This document shows positions 29,334-41,363 of a DNA stretch of 64,000 nucleotides, piece after piece. Under the pieces are notes generated by a model, which did not search any database, was not told where the DNA came from, and worked only from the letters and a program-made list of their open reading frames with translations. Source of the stretch: Eledone cirrhosa (taxonomy: Eukaryota). Each line of letters begins with the position of its first letter. Positions within the stretch are counted from its first letter, which is position 1. The position numbers and the translations under genes were made by a program. The stretch lies in contig OZ024749.1 in NCBI GenBank assembly GCA_964016885.1, positions 20,708,001 to 20,772,000 of the forward strand. The letters are read 5' to 3'.

Positions 29334-29840
29334 GATTGGAAGAATCGGTAGAACGCCATGCTTTACGGTATAAAATTACGGCCCTTTACGTTCTGAGTTC
29401 AAATCCGGCCGAGGTTAACTTTGCCTTTCATCCTTCCCGGGTCGATAAAATAGACTTTCCCCTCCCCACAAATTGCTGGCCTTGTGCCTAAAGTAGAAAC
29501 AATTATTATTATTGAGGGCGGGGAATTGGCAGAATCATTAAAATGTCGGACAACATGCTTTCCGGCATATAGTTCCGTTCGTTACATTCTACGTTCAAAT
29601 CCCGCCGAGGTTAACTTTGCCTTTCATCCTTACGGGGTCGATAAAATAAAGTACCAGTGACGTACTGGGGTCGATTTAATCGAGTTTCCCCTCCCCCTAA
29701 ATTACTGGTCTTGAGCCTATACTAGAAATCATTCTTATGGGGCCAATAAAATAAAGTACCAGTAATACACTGGGTCGTTTTAATAGACTTTTTCCATCTC
29801 TTCAAATTGCTGTCTTTGTACCAAAAGTAGAAACAATTGT
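29334..29840 (+). mobile_element. Three tandem copies (29334-29504, 29514-29733, partial 29738-29840) of tRNA-derived SINE family 1
   Basis: B-box GAGTTCAAATCC, conserved core GAGGTTAACTTTGCCTTTCATCCTTACGGGGTCGATAAAATAAAGTACCAG (resembles the MetaSINE central domain, from memory), tail GCTGGCCTTGTGCC..AGTAGAAACAATT. Confidence 0.85.
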
Positions 29841-30061
29841 TGTTATTAGAGAGTGGTGGATGACAGAATCAGTAGAATGGTTAATATCGTACGGGCTTCG
29901 GCAGTACACCCTGTTTCACTGATAAGGGTTGGCTTGAATCCAGTCTATGATCAACAGACTTGTCTAACATGCCGCGATATATCGAGAATAAGCAAGACAA
30001 ACACTGAGATGCAAAAACACAAAGTCTTATGAGTTTCACACTTGGGAAGAAGTAAAAGAGG

Positions 30062-30099
30062 ATTTCAACGTTTCGGATATAAGTCCTTCTTCAGGAAAT
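30062..30099 (-). ncRNA. Minimal type I hammerhead ribozyme motif (PLE type)
   Basis: Minus strand AUUUC-CUGAAGA-A-GGA(CUUAUA)UCC-GAAAC-GUU-GAAAU. Stem I AUUUC/GAAAU; loopless palindromic stem III. Confidence 0.65.
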
Positions 30100-30283
30100 A
30101 GCAAGCTCGGAGAGAGAGAAAGTTGGAACAAACAACAGAGTTTTAGAAAAGAAAAAGAAACTATGCAGAAGGCTGGGGGGGGGGGAGTAGTCCAGCGTTC
30201 GGCGGGTGCGAGCCTAGGTGTGGAGTCAGGGTGTGTCATGGGTGCTGTTACGAGTGTGCATTTCGTTGGTGTGCATTATTGCT

Positions 30284-30316
<33 letters not shown>

Positions 30317-30697
30317 ATGGTTTGTGCATCGTTGATGGAAGTGTGTGTGTGTGTGGTTTGTGTATCGTTGATGAAAGTGTGCGTGCGCGCGTGTGTGGTC
30401 AAATGCCAGTATATCCACACAATATACAGCAGATGTGAGTTCGCATCACACGGGTGACGCTGCCCATTTTTTCTGTCTCCAGGGGACTTACGTGCCCAAC
30501 TTGTGAGACTATCTTTCATAGTCAAAAACGTCCGTTGAAGCTGTTAACTTTAAGTTAGCATAAATAAACTAATACTTCTTTATTGAAACTAGTATTTCTA
30601 TTACAACTAGTTGAAACCAACAGAAGTACATACATATATATCGCCAAACACCATCAAATTGTGTTACTTGTCAGTTAAACCGGCCGTTAAACCCATC

Positions 30698-30926
30698 TTA
30701 ACCCTTTAGCATTTAAACCGGCCGTATCCGACCAGAATTCTCTCACCTCTTTCTGTTCAAACCGACCATAACCGCCCGCTCATACTAATGTTATGGTATT
30801 GTTCTCGAAATAAATAACATCAAAATCTCATAGATTCGATATTATGTGAGATAATTATGTGAGGTAAAGCCTTTATCACAAAAATACAATAGTATATATA
30901 GAGTAATGTAAATGGTAAAGGGTTAA
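30698..30926. mobile_element. piggyBac-like MITE
   Basis: TTAA at both ends; terminal inverted repeats CCCTTTAGCATTTA / TAAATGGTAAAGGG. Confidence 0.7.
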
Positions 30927-31112
30927 GTGCCTCGTTGTGAGATCGAATTCGAATTCACGACTTTACAACCGTGAGCCGAACGCCCTAACAACTAAGCCAC
31001 GCGTACGTCCACTGCCACGAGTCCCGCTAAACCAGCTATAGCCATTGATTTCTGGTGAGATCGATATCAATAGAAGAGAGTCAATACATATCACGTGTCT
31101 TTATCGATACAA

Positions 31113-31445
31113 TAACCGACTGCAACCGATTGCAGGCAACCGATAGCAGGCAACCGATAGCGAGCAGCCGATAACGGGAAACCGATAGCGCGCAACCGAT
31201 AGCAGGCAACCCATTGTAAGCAACCGATGGCAAGCGACCGATAGCGGGCAAACCAGGCAACCGATGGCAAGCAACCGATAGCGGGCAAACCAGGCGACCG
31301 ATCGCGGGCAACCGATGGCAAGCAACCGATAGCGGGCAAACCAGGCAACCATCGCAGGCAACCGATAGCAGGCAACCCAGGCAACCGAACGCAAGCAACC
31401 GATAGCAGGCAACCCAGGCAACCCAGGTAATCGATGGCAGCCAGT
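31113..31445. repeat. GC-rich minisatellite, ~14 bp core GCAACCGAT(A/G)GCAG with interspersed 9 bp units
   Basis: Directly visible tandem GCAACCGAT motifs. Confidence 0.9.
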
Positions 31446-31575
31446 CACTTTAAGATACAGTAGTGGCCAGAAGTGTTATGGTGAAACTCTAGGATTACTA
31501 AAACGTACTTTTAACTGGATCTCTTATCATTTATGTTACATCGACTGAAATTGTATATACATGTTTATCTGTTTA

Positions 31576-31577
<2 letters not shown>

Positions 31578-31631
<54 letters not shown>

Positions 31632-31850
31632 TGTATGTGTGTATGTGTGTATGTGTGTATGTGTGTGTGTCTGTGTATGTGTGTGTGTCTGTGTATGTGT
31701 GTGTGTCTGTGTATGTGTCTGTGTCTATATGTATGTCTGTGTATGTGTGTATGTGTCTGTGTATGTGTGTGTGTCTATATGTGCATGTGTCTGTGTCAGT
31801 GTCTGTGTCTATATGTGTGTTTGTGTATGTGTGTCTGTGTTTGTGTCTGT
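31578..31850. repeat. (TG)n and degenerate TG-derived microsatellite
   Basis: Visible in sequence. Confidence 0.95.
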
Positions 31851-32136
31851 GGTAATAAGTCCAATACTCTAACCACTAGGCTACCTGCCTTCCACAGTAT
31901 TGCTACATGGTAAAGATGTTTAGGGATTTAGTTAGTGACCGTAGAAAATTATTACGTATAATTCAATTATATAATTCAAAATATTATATGTAATGGTTTG
32001 ATTATAAAAATTATTACATATAGAATTTAATTGTAAAAAAAATATAGAGGGGGTTAAAAAAATGTGATATGAATGGCTCATTCCTAAGGTTGTCACATTA
32101 AAATATATATTGTGAATTAGTGTTATAATGTTGACA

Positions 32137-32311
32137 AATTTTGGCACAAGGCCAGCAATTATCCTAGTCTATTGCTGGTACTTTATTTTATCGACCCCGT
32201 AAGGATGAAAGGCAAAGTTAACTTCGGCGGGATTTGAACTCAGTCCATAAAGGGACGTAACTGTGCTGCAAAGCATGGCGTCCGACCCTCTACCGATACT
32301 GCCAATCCACC
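32137..32311 (-). mobile_element. SINE family 1 copy with 22 bp target-site duplication
   Basis: Reverse complement of the family 1 core; flanked by AATTAGTGTTATAATGTTGACA at 32115-32136 and 32312-32333. Confidence 0.88.
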
Positions 32312-32529
32312 AATTAGTGTTATAATGTTGACACATTTTGAGGAATAAATCTTATATCGTTCAACATTAAATCTGCTCAGTTTCTGGGATATTCACATCT
32401 CAAATGATATCGACAACTCATATATATCGACAGTCGTTCGACTTTCGTCAAATCGGACCGAGGAAACAATGTTTCCGTCGGTCTTTCCAATTGCTAATAC
32501 TATCTAACGGTCGCAAATCCAGGTAGAAG

Positions 32530-32640
32530 AAGCAACGCGAAATATAGTATCTTGCTCAAGGAATCGCCTGGTCCGGGAATCGAACGCACAAACTCGCGAT
32601 TGCGAATCCAATTCTCTAACCACTCAGCCACGCGCATTCA
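32530..32640 (-). mobile_element. tRNA-derived SINE family 2 fragment (V-domain-like)
   Basis: Minus strand GCGCGTGGCTGAGTGGTTAG..GTTCGATTCCCGGACC..CCTTGAGCAAGATAC; related to 59963-60289. Confidence 0.7.
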
Positions 32641-32848
32641 CCCCCCCCCCCCACATACACACAAGTATATATATATAAAACAAATAGTAAAAAGAAAAAG
32701 AAGCCAGTAGAAAATGGTAGAGGGGATTTTTTCAGAATAACATCAAAACATTTATTTACAAAGTAGGGATTTCCGCATTTAATTGTACCGGTTTCAGCTC
32801 TATATGATTTTTCAAGGTTCAGTAATGAAACACACACGCATGCACGCA

Positions 32849-32918
<70 letters not shown>

Positions 32919-32920
32919 AA

Positions 32921-33050
32921 ACGGTGAATTGGTAGAGTCGTTAGAGCGTCGTATAGAATGCTTTGTTGTATTCGTTTCGGCTCTCTACTCTCCGAATTCA
33001 AATCCCGCCAGGGTCAACAAAGAAAGTACCAGTCTTATACTGGGGTCCAT
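32921..33050 (+). mobile_element. Diverged SINE family 1 fragment
   Basis: GGTGAATTGGTAGAGTCGTTAGAGCGTC..GAATTCAAATCCCGCC..AAAGTACCAG. Confidence 0.7.
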
Positions 33051-33533
33051 CATTCCTCGATTATATCTTTTACTTCCATTCATACACACACTCTCTATCC
33101 TTCTCTGCGCATTACAGACCTGGAGAGGTATGGTCTCTGCCAGGTTTAGAAATACGCTCCTAAAACGCTGTATGTCAATATGGCCCCCTTACGGCGGTTC
33201 CCTCAGAAGTTATGGAATCATACATACAATTCACCACTCAGATGTCTGCTCCCTAGGGGTTTATCTAATTGACTTTAACGGCAGCACCAGCCCACAATAC
33301 GACGGTTACAAAGGGATCAAAAGCAACGATATCCGGTCAAGATACAGATCAATAGATTTCATATAAAAAGTAACAAGATCGATAAAAGATTCTAATTGCT
33401 TCATATTCTTTGGTGTTTTCTACTCAATACTAATCACTATTAATCTATGATCTGATGAAATACCTTCCTACATCAGCATGTGTATATATGTATATATGTA
33501 TATATATACATATATACAGCATGTGTATATATG

Positions 33534-33602
<69 letters not shown>

Positions 33603-33629
33603 GTACATGTATATACAAATATATATGCA

Positions 33630-33703
<74 letters not shown>

Positions 33704-33743
33704 TTTAGCGAGGTTTTTTATATGAAATCGTGTGTCGAAACAG

Positions 33744-34038
33744 ATATTGTTATACTTGGGGAGGGTCATATTTGCGTAATATTGCCAGAATTAATAACAG
33801 AACACACTCACTGTTTGGTTGGTTTTCGCTTCTCGCTGTCTTTTATATCTGCTACCTAACTTACTCGGTCCTCAATGTTGCCATTGACTGACCGACGGTC
33901 AGTCAATGGCAACATTGAGGACCGAGTAAGTTAGGTAGCAGATATAAAAGACAGCGAGAAGCGAAAACCAACCAAACAGTGAGTGTGTTCTGTTATTAAT
34001 TCTGGCAATATTACGCAAATATGACCCTCCCCAAGTAT

Positions 34039-34046
<8 letters not shown>
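33744..34046. repeat. Perfect palindrome with ~151 bp arms and a 1 nt centre (33895), made of a PLE-like 3' terminus
   Basis: Arms are reverse complements. The terminus TGACCCTCCCCAAGTATAACAA(TA)n matches the 3' end of the PLE at 48891. Confidence 0.9.
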
Positions 34047-34109
<63 letters not shown>

Positions 34110-34122
34110 TACATATATATAT

Positions 34123-34155
<33 letters not shown>

Positions 34156-34520
34156 TATATATATACATATATACATATATATATATACATATATACATAT
34201 ATATATACATATATACATATATATATACATACATACATACACAGAACACGATTCAGCAGGTGTTTCCTCTCTACCATCTACCATTCAAAAGTAATGGTTG
34301 CATGGGGGGGGGGGGAATACTTGCTGGAGGTGTCAGACAATGGGATTGAACTTGGATCAATGCGATTACGAGGTGAATGTCTTAACCACACGCAGCCAAG
34401 TCTGAGCTGTCTATCACAGACAGATAGATAGGTAGAGAAATAGACAGACAGATAGGTAGATCGATATATAGATAGACAAACAAGGAGGTAGATAGGTAGA
34501 CAGACAAACAGATTGGTATA

Positions 34521-34600
34521 TACAGAGTGTCCACAACTATGTATACAGATATTTATTAGAATACTGTTGATGTGTGTATACATTTTTTGGTGCACCCTGT
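34521..34600. mobile_element. Possible 80 bp Tc1/mariner-type MITE
   Basis: TACAGAGTGTCCA...TGGTGCACCCTGT imperfect TIRs resembling CAGGGTGTCC ends. Confidence 0.45.
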
Positions 34601-35162
34601 GTGTGTTTGTGTATATATATATATGTCAATATATATAAATACATAATCGGAGAAAGCTAATAGCGATACTCCGGCCAAATTCCAACACACTCAACAAACA
34701 TTAGGAAATATCTGAGTATATTCCTAATTAAACGTTCGGGTGCTAACTAAATGTATTGTGTGGAAAATTGGCTGTATCATTTCATAAGAGATATATCAAA
34801 TATATCTCTCCCCAGACGACTCGTTTCATTATAAGATTTCTACACGTTGGGTGAAATTATACCAAATTATGTAGAAGCTTGTATAAGATCAACAAATACT
34901 TATTCAAGTGGGCTCTTATAATTCTTCAGTGAGTGCCCAATAATATTAATATTGATAACCAAATCAACATCAATATTTAGCGATAATCACCATCAGTGCT
35001 TGAGGGAGCTGCTAGGTTGTTAGTCCAGCAGTTCTAAAGAAAATCTCACACTGTCCCGAAAATAGTAGGATATATATATATATATCTTAGGGTAAATATT
35101 GATGCAATTCAATTCAAGCACTTAACGTACTTTTTCCACATAGGAGTGACGGAGTAAATATC

Positions 35163-36151
35163 GAATAAGGAAAAGCGAAGTAGTTTCAGATGTTCAAGAC
35201 CTTTAATAATAATTGTTTCTACTTTAGGCACAAGGCCAGCAATTACCCAGTGCATTACTGGTACTTTATTTTATCGACCCCGTAAGGATGAAAGGCAAAG
35301 TCAACCTCTGCGGGATTTGAACTCAGATCGTAAAGGGACGTAACTATGCTGGAAAGCATGGCGTCCGACCCTCCACCGATACTGCCAAATGCTGTGATAT
35401 ATATTTCAATGACGACACTGGCCACACTGTTCTGTGTGCGAGTGTCGTGACATCATCAGACAGCTTGTTACATAATAAGGTTATGTTTCCGAGGCAATCC
35501 AAATTGAATCGACATGTGAACGGATGAAGTGTGTGCTTTTGGGTTCTTCATCCGTTCCCCTGTGAGTACCAATTCACCCCCACCGGTCTGCGCAGGCGCA
35601 TGTCCGAAGGAAGTTGACCATTAGCTACCGCAGATTTCAACGAAATTCGCTTAATCAGTTCACCCTCTCAGCCAAAGAATGGCCCACCTAGGCCTGTACC
35701 ATAGTTTACTGCTACCCATCCCGACTGTGGAAGTCAACCGAAAGCCAGAGGGGATGGGAGAGTGTTAGTTTTTACAGGTCACAATACTACTTCTCACCAA
35801 GCGTGGACAGTACGACTGACCATCAACTCATAAGAGAAAATAAACTTAATTCTAGGTATCATGGTTTTACATTGGAAGTTAAGAGTGAGAGTTGGAAATA
35901 AAAATTAAAATCCTAAATCAAATATCAGAAATTATAAATTAAACACAGAACAGTGTGGCCAGTGTCGTCATTGAAATATATATTACAGCATTATTATTAA
36001 AGGACCGCCGAGGTTAACTTTGCCTTTCATCCTTACGGGGTCGATAAAATAATGTACCAGTAATACACTGAGTAATTGCTGGCCTTGTGCCTAACGTAGA
36101 AACAATTATTATTAAAGGACTTGAACATCTGAAACTACTTCGCTTTTCCTT

Positions 36152-36155
<4 letters not shown>
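35163..36155. mobile_element. PLE remnant with inverted terminal repeats, each interrupted by a SINE family 1 copy (35210-35387 minus; 36005-36106 plus)
   Basis: GAATAAGGAAAAGCGAAGTAGTTTCAGATGTTCAAG at 35163 has its reverse complement ending at 36155. Inner arms 35388-35437 / 35943-35992. A hammerhead overlaps the left arm. Confidence 0.75.
35391..35464 (-). ncRNA. Type I hammerhead ribozyme motif with long stem II
   Basis: Minus strand GCUGU-CUGAUGA-UGUCACGACACU...AGUGUCGUCAUU-GAAAU-AUAU-AUC-ACAGC; stem I GCUGU/ACAGC. Confidence 0.75.
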
Positions 36156-36242
<87 letters not shown>

Positions 36243-36578
36243 TCCAGAATCCTTTTTCGCCTGCTTCCTAACTAGCCTAATTTCACACACTCCTTAGAAT
36301 TTGCTGTATAGAATCACTTTTAACGCTTGATCGGCTCCACCCACTCCCTCATTGTTCTACAGGCAAGTTCAACCACCCCCACCTCTCACCCACTGCCATG
36401 AAAGATTTAATTGTGTTTACAAGAAATTTTGACCAATCCCCTTGACAACTACAATCTTCCCATATAAGGAATTACCCCTTGAAAAGTTCGGCTATTTATT
36501 ACCAAGCTAAAAATTCTAATTTACTCCAGAAATAGCCGTCGAAACGGCTTGAGCTCTGCCGTCGGAGTTAAACATTTT

Positions 36579-36647
<69 letters not shown>

Positions 36648-37138
36648 AATGAATAATAACAGGTAGACATCATAAAAAGGTAATTTATTCCGTGTGCTTA
36701 CAAGTGTTTCCACGGTGGTACTGCAGCCTAGTTACACTACGTGCAAATTCACAAGTACTTGCAGAACTCGAATATCCAATGCTGTGACCACTGTTTCCTC
36801 AGAGCAGAATGGTAAATGTACAATGTAAATACCCTTAAGTGGGGTTGTTGGGGAAGATAGAGTAGAACAGGAAGAGAGAAAAGTAGGGAAGAGGGAGAGA
36901 GAAAGAAAGATATGCAGGGGTTGGAGAAGTAGGAGAGAGTGGCTTGTAGATATCTTAATCAAAATGTTATGGTAGGGGTTTTATTATACTGGTTACTTTT
37001 GGAGAGATGCGTTGATAGTTAAGGTCGGAATTATTTATTGCCCCAGAGGGCAGGTTCATAGATGTTGAGAGGGAGGTAGGTCAAAGGTGAGAGAGAGAGA
37101 GTGTATTAACCATTACTACATCTTGGATAATCCTATAC

Positions 37139-37139
<1 letters not shown>

Positions 37140-37228
<89 letters not shown>

Positions 37229-37233
37229 ATTAG

Positions 37234-37325
<92 letters not shown>

Positions 37326-37729
37326 ATTAGGTAGACACATGGGTAGATAGATAGATATATAGATAAATAGTTAGTGAATGAGAGAGAAGGGTCAAGAGGT
37401 GTGTGGAGGGATGGGGAAGGTGATGTAAAAGAGCAACAGATGGTTGGTATCGAGATTAATGGAAATATTAATCGGTCAAACATTTCCCAAGGACCACGCC
37501 TTCTAATGATCGGTGTTCTGTTAGCGAGGGCAGGGTGAGGTGGGAGTTGGTAGGTGACAATAGACCGTAGCGAAGTAGCCAGGATTGTGGGGACAAAACA
37601 TCCCATACACATACAGTACATAGACTCACACAGAGACACTAACACACATGCACACCTATTCACAGAGAGAGAGACACGCACACTCACACAAAGACACACA
37701 CATATGCATACTTACACAGAGAGACACAA

Positions 37730-37803
<74 letters not shown>

Positions 37804-38100
37804 GCACACAAAAAAACACAAACAAACACACATACGCACTCACAATCACACTCGGATACACACACATTCTAAGGGGACACACACACACAAACAAACACAC
37901 ACACAAACACAGCCACACACACACACACACACACAAACACATGCACACACACAAGCACACAAACACACAACCACACATACACACAGCCACAGACACACAC
38001 ACAGCCACTGATACACACCCACAGACACACACACACACAGCCACATACACACACACAGCCACAGATACACACACACACAGATACATACACACATCACATA
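37140..38100. repeat. Microsatellite-rich block: (TA)n 37140-37320, (GA)n 37733-37802, degenerate (CA)n to 38100
   Basis: Visible in sequence. Confidence 0.9.
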
Positions 38101-38193
38101 CTTGTCTAACAAATAACCAGAACATAGCTGATAACTGAACAATAACCAGATCAACATAATTTTCAGGCTGACGCCATATTGACACTTAGTATC

Positions 38194-38380
38194 GGTGGAT
38201 TGGCAGTATCGGTAGAGGGTCGGACGCTATGCTTTGACGCATAGAGTTACGGCCCTTTCCATTCTGAGTTCAAATCCCGCCGAGGTTAACTTTGCCTTTC
38301 TTCCTTACGGGGTCGATAAAATAAAGTACCAGTAATACACTGGGATAATTGCTGGCCTTGTGCCAAAAGTAGAAACAATT
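38194..38380 (+). mobile_element. SINE family 1 copy
   Basis: GGTGGATTGGCAGTATCGGTAGAG..GAGTTCAAATCCCGCC..core..AGTAGAAACAATT. Confidence 0.88.
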
Positions 38381-38545
38381 ATATATATATATATATATAT
38401 TCGTCGGGTTTGAAGGTTCACCACTGGATAGAGCTGGTCAATTCCGTATGGTCAATCTTAATGTAATAATATAGAGAGTACTCAACGTAAAGCAGTTCAA
38501 CCGTCTTCTTTTTGTAGTTGGTGGTGCGAGTACGGAGTTAAATAT

Positions 38546-38906
38546 TATAATAAAATGACAGGAGGCTGGATTTGTGTAAATCCTTGAAAGGTTTATTATA
38601 ACTATGATCATTTCAATGACCAGGTTTCGTATGAATCTGGTGATATCATCAGGTATTGGAAATACAATAAATGAATGTAATAGGTAAAATCCAGGGCGAC
38701 TGGATAAAGTGGAAGATGCTAGATGGTCGGTCGTCCTCCTGTCTTTGATTTTCAGCCCCATGGATTTTACTTATTACATTCATTTATTGTATTTCCAATA
38801 CCTGATGATATCACCGGATTCATACGGAACCCGGTCATTGAAATGATCATAGTATAATAAACCTTTCAAGGATTTACACAAGTCCAGTCTCCTGTCATTT
38901 TATTAT
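38546..38906. repeat. Inverted repeat (arms 38546-38693 / 38761-38906) of a hammerhead-bearing PLE end
   Basis: ~146 bp arms with a few mismatches and a ~67 bp spacer; the right arm abuts (TA)n. Confidence 0.9.
38798..38855 (+). ncRNA. Type I hammerhead ribozyme motif (mirror copy on minus strand at ~38599-38655)
   Basis: AUAC-CUGAUGA-UAUCACCGG...CCGGUCAUU-GAAAU-GAUC-AUA-GUAU; palindromic GAUC loop III, AUA cleavage triplet. Confidence 0.75.
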
Positions 38907-38921
38907 ATATATATATATATA

Positions 38922-39115
38922 TAACGAAGGAAATGTGGTAAGGAACCAGGTGGACCATAACGCACCAAAGTACTCAATACTTAGGGTAGTAGAGTGGGTA
39001 ATAGGAACGAGTAGGACCCCGACGGCTGAGCTCAAGCCGTTTCGACGACTAATTCTGGACGTCCAGAATTAGCCGTCGAAACGGCTTGAGCTCAGCCGTC
39101 GGGGTCCTACTCGTT

Positions 39116-39120
<5 letters not shown>
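38922..39120 (-). mobile_element. ~200 bp asymmetric hairpin element (PLE-end derived) inserted in (TA)n
   Basis: 60 bp arms centred at 39060/39061 plus a ~79 bp unpaired tail. Near-identical reverse complement of 63284-63480. Confidence 0.85.
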
Positions 39121-39154
<34 letters not shown>

Positions 39155-39215
39155 GTAGAACACTGGAAGGTAATATCCGTAGTGGTAGAACACTCAGTCC
39201 ATGGGACGAGTTAGG

Positions 39216-39284
39216 TAGAAGTGGTTACACAACAGGTAGTTCACCATACCGAGTGGTGAACTAACTGTTGTGTAACCACTTCTA
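39216..39284. repeat. Short hairpin with ~30 bp arms next to (TA)n
   Basis: TAGAAGTGGTTACACAACAGGTAGTTCACCA / TGGTGAACTAACTGTTGTGTAACCACTTCTA. Confidence 0.85.
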
Positions 39285-39599
39285 TATATATATATATATA
39301 TATTGAAACGTAATTTTGGTATGTTTAGATACATTTTTCTTCTAACTTTGATTTCATACCTAATTGTGTATGGTTGACGATATATTTAATCGATTCCCAC
39401 GTGCTATTGGAAATACTGGGTAAATATTCTATGGCTGTTGATCGCGAATAGTTAGCTGTCGTTTATTTATCTATTATTTCTTCATAGGTGTCTTTTAATC
39501 TTATAGCCTGGTTTAATTGGTTTTTTGTGAGGTTGATTATGCTGATTGGGAGAGGAAATGGTGTATATATTTTATCAAATGATTCTATGGACATACTTT

Positions 39600-39631
<32 letters not shown>

Positions 39632-39835
39632 TATATATACTACAGTTGAAAATTGCAAACTTGATTGTCACCACTGAATATGAATCTGAAGATTTCGAGA
39701 GGATGAAAGTACTTGTTCAATTAACAAATTAACATTTAACATCTAATATTCTACCATGCTATTTCATTCTAATACCATTATAAATTTTAAAGGATTGTAA
39801 ATAAAACGAGTAAATCAGACAAAGTTGGAATTCAT

Positions 39836-39976
<141 letters not shown>

Positions 39977-40206
39977 GAAAAGTATAGAAATTATTATGAG
40001 CAAGAAGCCAACAGTATTTCATAATATATAAGTGACTATAGCGGCAAAATGGGAAAATAGTTAACGTAAGATGTGGGAAAAATAATTCAAACTCAAATCA
40101 AAAAGAATCAGGATATAGATTCATCCAACAGAATTTAGTGAAATCCAGGGAAAAATCAATAGAGCCTTAATTCATGATAAAATAAAGTTTAAAATACTCA
40201 TCCTTC

Positions 40207-40344
<138 letters not shown>

Positions 40345-40585
40345 CAAATATAAATTAGCGAGAATCGCATTTCGGCTATTGGAAATTAGCGAAAAACAAC
40401 TTCCGAGATGTGTGGCAAGCGCTCCATAGAAGCTAATGAACTAGAGCAACAACATACGTTAAAAGGCCAAACACACTGAGACGATGTTTAAACCATTATC
40501 CGCAAAGCCATAGAAACGACCAAGCTATTCGGGTCAAACAAATAATAAACTATGATTGAAAATTATACCCGGACCCCTGGAAACG

Positions 40586-40622
<37 letters not shown>

Positions 40623-40627
<5 letters not shown>

Positions 40628-40834
40628 ATAATAATAAATTTGAAGACTAAAATCCAAAGAGGGCTCGATAAGGATAAATATATATCAAATATATAAGAAC
40701 CGTAGAGCAAATATTTATTAAAATAACAGATTATAGTTTAAGCAAAGAATCGCTGCTTTCACCCTTAACGGGAGTTTCAGAAGATCCCGTTAAGGATGAA
40801 AGCAGCGATTCTCTGCTTAAACTTTAATCTGTTA

Positions 40835-40841
<7 letters not shown>
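40623..40841. mobile_element. Asymmetric hairpin of the PLE-C family terminus (arms ~40716-40773 / 40784-40841, tail 40623-40715)
   Basis: Same sequence as 50821-50891 and 52932-53018; bracketed by (TA)n. Confidence 0.82.
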
Positions 40842-40917
<76 letters not shown>

Positions 40918-40922
40918 CATAC

Positions 40923-40967
<45 letters not shown>

Positions 40968-40970
<3 letters not shown>

Positions 40971-41226
40971 ACAATAATAAAAGGATGGTTTGTTATATCT
41001 TCGTTGCGTTTATTTGATTGGTGACGCGCGTTTCGCTATTGATCAGCTCAAGGTTCGATCTGTATTGATCTGGCCCGAATTTGGAATCAAAAACTCGTCG
41101 GACCTCTGCTGTGGTAATGAGAGAATGAACATATAAGGCATAGACATCTCTATATTTTGATTCCAGAGTCGGGCTAGATCGACACAGATCGAACCTTGAA
41201 CTGATCAATAGCGAAACGCACGTAAC

Positions 41227-41231
<5 letters not shown>
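40968..41231. repeat. Inverted repeat (arms ~41017-41092 / 41155-41231) with one-sided tail, between (TA)n tracts
   Basis: Arms contain GAAACGCGCGUC, resembling the 3' half of a hammerhead with palindromic loop III. Confidence 0.82.
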
Positions 41232-41276
<45 letters not shown>

Positions 41277-41363
41277 GTAAAAGTTCTATTTAAATTGTTG
41301 GGACACAACAAGCAAATACTTTTATAACTGATATAAAGCACTCAACAAATTATTGGAGTAAAA

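Noticed and set aside
31081-31448. Three overlapping minus-strand ORFs (LPAIGC repeats)
   Set aside because: A minisatellite open in all three frames; no coding evidence.
32929-33366. 145 aa ORF
   Set aside because: Starts inside a SINE fragment and has no recognisable domain.
33450-33745. CTGATGA at ~33451 as another hammerhead
   Set aside because: No adjacent stem II and GAAA could be paired with it.
38194-38280. tRNA-like A/B boxes here and in other copies
   Set aside because: These are SINE heads continuing into SINE body and tail; no complete cloverleaf.
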